Part shown: one piece after another, positions 59,696 to 64,000 of the stretch
Layout: each line of letters begins with the position of its first letter
Position numbering within the stretch: position 1 is the stretch's first letter
Source of the DNA: Candidatus Tectimicrobiota bacterium
GTDB taxonomy: Bacteria > JACPUC01
Reading direction: 5' to 3'
Length of the DNA stretch: 64,000 nt
NCBI GenBank assembly: GCA_016192455.1
Contig: JACPUC010000027.1
Location: forward strand, 1-64,000
Translations under genes and position numbers: made by a program
Notes under the pieces: generated by a model
Told to the model about the DNA's origin: nothing
The model's database searches: none
The model's input: the letters and a program-made list of their open reading frames with translations, nothing else

Positions 59696-60184
59696 GTGAA
59701 CCGCGAAGAGCGGCGGGGTTCACCTCTCCGGGAAGTACGTGATTCTCCAGCGTGGCGCTGGCGTTCAGTGGTCGCCGGACTGGCTCTACGGGGAGCAGCC
59801 GGACCCCGCGGTGCAGCACGACAACAGGCTGCCCTCATCCGGTCGCCGGGGTTCGACGAGTTGGCGGAGGGGCTGCAAGCCATTCTCTTAGGTGAGGGGA
59901 TGGTGCAGGGGGTCGGCGGACTGACCGCGGAGGCGGCGCAGCACCTCATGCGCCTCGACGTGGTGAGTCGCGAGTGACCGCCGACCGCGGAGTTCTACCG
60001 GCAGGAGTTGGCGGCCTTCCACGATGAGCAGAGGAAGAGACGGGCGGAGAGGGTGGAGGTGCGGCGGAACGAGGACGAGAAGCTCATCGAGCTGGTGCAA
60101 CGGTTGCGGGGCCACCCGAAGCTGCGGGCCGTCGTCTCCGAGATGGTCAAGAAGATGATCGAGGTGTACGAGAAGGAGTCGTGA
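59696..60184 (+). pseudogene. Hypothetical (phage-like) gene remnant interrupted by an in-frame TGA
   Basis: Frame continues past TGA 59975-59977 as PPTAEFYRQELAAF...MIEVYEKES* (stop 60182-60184); true start unclear. Confidence 0.45.
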
Positions 60185-60421
60185 GGAGTAGGTGGCGCAA
60201 TGTAACTGAAGCTCCGTCCGCGGCGGGCGCGTGGAGCATTATTATCGGTATTTCAATGGGTTGGCAAAGTAATGCGGTGTAACGCCCGCCGGCCGGGTGG
60301 GAAAGGCCGGTGCTTGGCATTGACGTTGCGTATACATTGTCACAGATTTGTGGTAGAGGCTACCCCTGGCTGAAAACCCAGAAGAGTATAGAGCCTCGGG
60401 CTGGACGCGCAGGTAAACTAA

Positions 60422-60808
60422 ATGGCTGACCAACCAGAACAACAACCTTCTCGGCCTCCGCAGCCGTTGCCGCCACTGCAACCGCCAATCCGGCAGCCGC
60501 CACTTTTCTATAGCAACGTGGCACGCGTTATGCATACTGAATATGATGTGTTCATAGATTTTGCGACACGCTTACCGGATACACCAGACTTTGCAGCCAT
60601 AAGTGCCAGGATTGTGATGAGTCCTCAGCATACAAAGGCGCTCCTGAAGGCTCTTTTTGAGCATCTAAAGAAGTACGAAGAATCCTACGGAAAGATTCCA
60701 TTGCCTGGAGATTTTGTAATGGAAAAGTCTATTAAGGAGTTCTTTAACAACGTTGAGCGCAGTAAACCGGGTGAAGGAGAGACCAATGCAGGGGTACAAG
60801 GTCCGTGA
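60422..60808 (+). CDS. DUF3467-domain protein
   Basis: YSNVARVMHTEYDVFIDF...ARIVMSPQHTKALLKAL...YEESYGKI. Confidence 0.85.
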   Translation: MADQPEQQPSRPPQPLPPLQPPIRQPPLFYSNVARVMHTEYDVFIDFATRLPDTPDFAAISARIVMSPQHTKALLKALFEHLKKYEESYGKIPLPGDFVMEKSIKEFFNNVERSKPGEGETNAGVQGP

Positions 60809-61013
60809 AGTATCAGCGGATGAAGTAATTTCTAAGGACCTGTTTGAAGTGTGGCCACGCATGGGTGCCTATGTTCATATCACGCACGCGCGAGATGTTA
60901 CCTTTTACGTACAGGAGAATGAGGACGAAGACGACCTGCGCGCTCACCGTCTAGCGATGCAGGAAGAGGGGGGGCGTCCTTGGGGCGATGTGAAACGAGA
61001 GCTGGAACTTTAG
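60786..61013 (+). CDS. Putative antitoxin
   Basis: Small acidic protein ending EEGGRPWGDVKRELEL directly upstream of a RelE gene; GGAGA RBS. Confidence 0.7.
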   Translation: MQGYKVREVSADEVISKDLFEVWPRMGAYVHITHARDVTFYVQENEDEDDLRAHRLAMQEEGGRPWGDVKRELEL

Positions 61014-61019
61014 ACCCCC

Positions 61020-61277
61020 TTGCCATATCAGGTGATTCTCAAGCCCGGCGCTCAACGCGACCTTAAGCGCCTCGACAATCCAGTGCGCAAAAGGGTTGCG
61101 GTTGCTTTAGATCGGCTCCTGGAAAATCCTCGACACCATGGAGTCACACCCCTGGTTGAGGGGGAAAATGTGTATCGCGTCAGGGTTGGAGAATGGCGTA
61201 TCATTTTTGAAATTGCTGATAACGAATCACTCGTAACAGTCTCTCGGATCCGACACCGCCGCGACGCCTATCGTTAG
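61020..61277 (+). CDS. RelE/ParE-family toxin
   Basis: YQVILKPGAQRDLKRL, YRVRVGEWRIIF, RIRHRRDAYR. Confidence 0.92.
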   Translation: MPYQVILKPGAQRDLKRLDNPVRKRVAVALDRLLENPRHHGVTPLVEGENVYRVRVGEWRIIFEIADNESLVTVSRIRHRRDAYR

Positions 61278-61450
61278 CAAACGAGGATCAGTGAACACTA
61301 TAAATCCAGAAAAATTCTAATTCTTATCGTTGCCTTGAAACCAGTTTGCTGGGCCATTCCTCCCCCAACATGATGCAATGCTGATCAAAAAGTAGACCAT
61401 ATAATACAATGGACGCTATAGCAATAACGTCCCCTGGGAAAACACTTGTG

Positions 61451-61901
61451 TTAGTTGAATTCTTCCAGCGTCTCCATCGCCGCCTCCGCCCGCTTCGCAT
61501 CGCCCTCGGGCATCAGCACGCCGTCGAACGGCGCCGGCGCGTCCTTCTTCAGCCAGGCCCAGCCCTTGTCGCCTACGGGGGTTGGACGTAAACGAACTCG
61601 GTTCTCTCGAAGGCGTTAGGAAACGCGCACCCCGAGGCCGCGACGAGCCGCGAAGTGGGCCATCAGCGCGTCCGATGCCATTTTCAGCACCGGGCCGGCC
61701 AGTAGAATCAACAGGGTTGACCACATGGCGAGCTCCTTGCGCCGCCTTGGGCTGCTCCTGGGTCGGCTGCCCGACAGGCGGATCAAGCTCGCCTCGGTCG
61801 CGCGTCCGCAGGGCGATCTTGCTGTCGATGGAGTCGCCGAGTTTGGAGGCGCCCCATTGCACCACCTCGTCGGCGTACCCCATGGCGGTCAGGCGCTCCA
61901 T
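61451..61901 (-). pseudogene. Phage-like gene fragments
   Basis: 61576-61451 reads VGDKGWAWLKKDAPAPFDGVLMPEGDAKRAEAAMETLEEFN* with no start; separate frame from ATG 61901 (MERLTAMGYADEVV...) degenerates. Confidence 0.35.
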
Positions 61902-62487
61902 AAGAAGTCGCCCCTCACCCTCCCCGCCGGCCCCCCTTGCTAATAACGCGCGATGATTCCCCCGCCTCTCCTGACGCTCTGTCTGCGGGGAGCGTACACC
62001 CTCAGCCACACCTGCTTGGCGCCGGCGTTCGCCGCCCGCGCATCCCTGACAAGCCAGCGCCGAGTGCGCCGCACCTTGACTTAGCACAATGGATAACGTA
62101 TATGCTCTGCGGGAGAGCCACCCGACCTCTCGCTCCGCTCGCCGACCGTGTGTGACGCCAGCGCTTGCCGCCAACACTCGCCCCCCTCAGGTTCCTCCCA
62201 GCGACAAGCTTCGGTGGCGCTGAAGGTTTTGCGGGGGAGACTCTCCTTTTCGACTCATCATGCATCTTCCGAGAAGGGAAAAGTAAAAATCAGTGGGCAT
62301 TCCCTAAGCAATAGGTGTAAGAAGTTCGCTGACGACCTTGAGGCGTTGCGGGCGGCCCGATATGGGGGCGGTGGGGGCCGCGCTCTCCCACGCGCCGGCA
62401 GGTCGGACGCAGACAGGCGAGGGGGCGAGGTTCCCTCGCACAACCTGGGGGACAGCAGAGGGGACGGTAGAGCGCAAGGAGAGCGTC

Positions 62488-64000
62488 ATGCCCTTGGACA
62501 TGAGCTTAAACGATAGAGTGAAGCCGGAACCGCCGACGCCCGAGGAGTTGGCCTGGGCCGCGAAGCTGCTGCCGGGCGACTACGAAATCTACAGCGAGAA
62601 GCTGAACATGATCTGCGTGGAGGCGAGGGAGATCTTCGCGCGCATGGGGGTCTCCGCGCTCATCCACGCGGGCGACATGGTGGTGGCCATGTACAGCGCC
62701 CAGGGTGACCAGATCACGGCGGTGGCGGGCACCTTCCTCCATTCGGTGACCGGCATCGTGCCGATCAAGTTCATTCTCAAGCACTGGTTGACCAATGAGT
62801 CCGTCGGCGTGCGCGAAGGCGACATCTTCTACTGCAACGACGCCCACTACGGCGGCGTGCACAACGCCGATCAGCTCGCCATCATGCCGGTCTTCTTTGA
62901 AGGGGAGTTGATCGCCTGGACCGTCGGGGCGGCGCATCAAACCGAGACCGGCGCCACCGAGCCGGGAGGCATGCCCGTCAGCGCCCGCAGCCGCTACGAC
63001 GAGGGCATGAGCCTGTCGCCGATCAAGATCGCCCAGAACTACCGCATGAAGGACGACCTCGTCGAGATGTGCGCCAACATGATCTCGCGGGCGCCGCGCA
63101 TGCAGGTGCTCGACATGAAGGCGCGGGCCGCGGCGGCCGACCGCATGCGGGTGCGCCTTCAGGAGCTGGCGCGCGCCAAGGGCGCCGGGTTCCTCAAGGG
63201 GCTGTTCCGTAGGATGCTGCAGCATACCGAGGAGGCGACGCGGGCCCGCATCGCAAGCTGGAACGATGGCGACTACCGCCACGTCGTCTTCACGGACACC
63301 ACCGGCCTGCGCGACGCCCTGGGGCGCATCTACCTGACGACGCGCAAGCGCGGCGATCAACTGGTCTTCGACTTCACCGGCACCTCGCCGGAGAACGAGG
63401 GGTCGTACCACGCCTTCCTCCATGTGGTGCGGGCCGCGGCGGCCTGCTACTTCTACCAGCACCCGTTCCATGACTTCCCGATCTCCTCCGGCCTCTACGC
63501 CCCCATGGAGTTCATCGCCCCCCAGGGGTGCATGCTGAACGCCAGCCCCGAGGCCGCCATCTGCAACTCTCCCATCATCCTCATGAACATCTGGCAGCCC
63601 CTCTGCATCACCTTCTCGAAGATGATGTTCGACAGCCCGATGCGGCATCTCTGCACCGGCTATGTCAACGCGGCCGGCAGCGGCGGCGTCATGAGCGGCG
63701 TCAACCAGTGGGGCGTGCGGCAGACCGACATGCTCAGCTATCCCCTCAACTCCGCCGGCGCCGGCGCCCGGCACGACATGGACGGCGTGGATAACTACGG
63801 CTTCCCCTATGCCCCCACCGGCAAGGGCGCCGAGGTGGAAGACTGCGAGAACGAGCAGGGACACCTGCACCTCTTCCAGCGCCGTCTGCGCGATTACCTC
63901 GGCTTCGGCAAATATCGCGGCGGCATCGGCCTGACGGCCGCCTACACGCCGCACCTGGTGCCGCGCATCGCCTACATGAACTTCGCCAAGGAATCGCGCT
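62488..64000 (+). CDS. Hydantoinase B-family subunit, acetophenone/acetone carboxylase large-subunit-like (partial, runs off window end)
   Basis: Open frame from ATG 62488: GDYEIYSEKLNMI, VGVREGDIFYCNDAHYGGVHNADQ, HQTETGATEPGGMP, GFGKYRGG. Confidence 0.88.
   Translation, partial: MPLDMSLNDRVKPEPPTPEELAWAAKLLPGDYEIYSEKLNMICVEAREIFARMGVSALIHAGDMVVAMYSAQGDQITAVAGTFLHSVTGIVPIKFILKHWLTNESVGVREGDIFYCNDAHYGGVHNADQLAIMPVFFEGELIAWTVGAAHQTETGATEPGGMPVSARSRYDEGMSLSPIKIAQNYRMKDDLVEMCANMISRAPRMQVLDMKARAAAADRMRVRLQELARAKGAGFLKGLFRRMLQHTEEATRARIASWNDGDYRHVVFTDTTGLRDALGRIYLTTRKRGDQLVFDFTGTSPENEGSYHAFLHVVRAAAACYFYQHPFHDFPISSGLYAPMEFIAPQGCMLNASPEAAICNSPIILMNIWQPLCITFSKMMFDSPMRHLCTGYVNAAGSGGVMSGVNQWGVRQTDMLSYPLNSAGAGARHDMDGVDNYGFPYAPTGKGAEVEDCENEQGHLHLFQRRLRDYLGFGKYRGGIGLTAAYTPHLVPRIAYMNFAKESR

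Noticed and set aside
61900..62487. Integrase or tRNA attachment site bounding the low-GC islet
   Set aside because: No integrase motif, tRNA or flanking direct repeat could be found by eye

Overview
GC-rich bacterial chromosomal window. The housekeeping block at 27.8-43.7 kb (dusB, cpoB, rng, fused TIGR03960/TIGR03936 radical SAM gene, rodA-mrdA-mreDCB, ppiD, pgl) has a gene order resembling Deltaproteobacteria-like or Nitrospinota/Tectomicrobia lineages (inference). It is flanked by large accessory catabolic regions. These hold four hydantoinase-B/oxoprolinase and two hydantoinase-A genes, an acetone-carboxylase gamma-like subunit, a UbiD decarboxylase, a ComDE-like TPP enzyme, an AprA-like flavoprotein, a cyclase, an amidohydrolase, a CoA ligase, a molybdopterin enzyme and several ABC importers. 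The window opens on the last codons and right end of an IS110-family element that appears to be inserted at the CT of a GTAG-type REP repeat, followed by a Xis-HTH/PIN toxin-antitoxin pair with a 9-bp-periodic operator. Other notable points: an inverted duplication of a hyuB-promoter-SBP module sharing a TGACA-WW-TGTCA palindrome, a 28-bp direct repeat pair with a 33-bp spacer carrying a parS-like site, mosaic palindromic repeats, and a low-GC DUF3467-antitoxin-RelE islet among phage-like gene debris. All functional calls come from motif recognition by eye; no searches were run.
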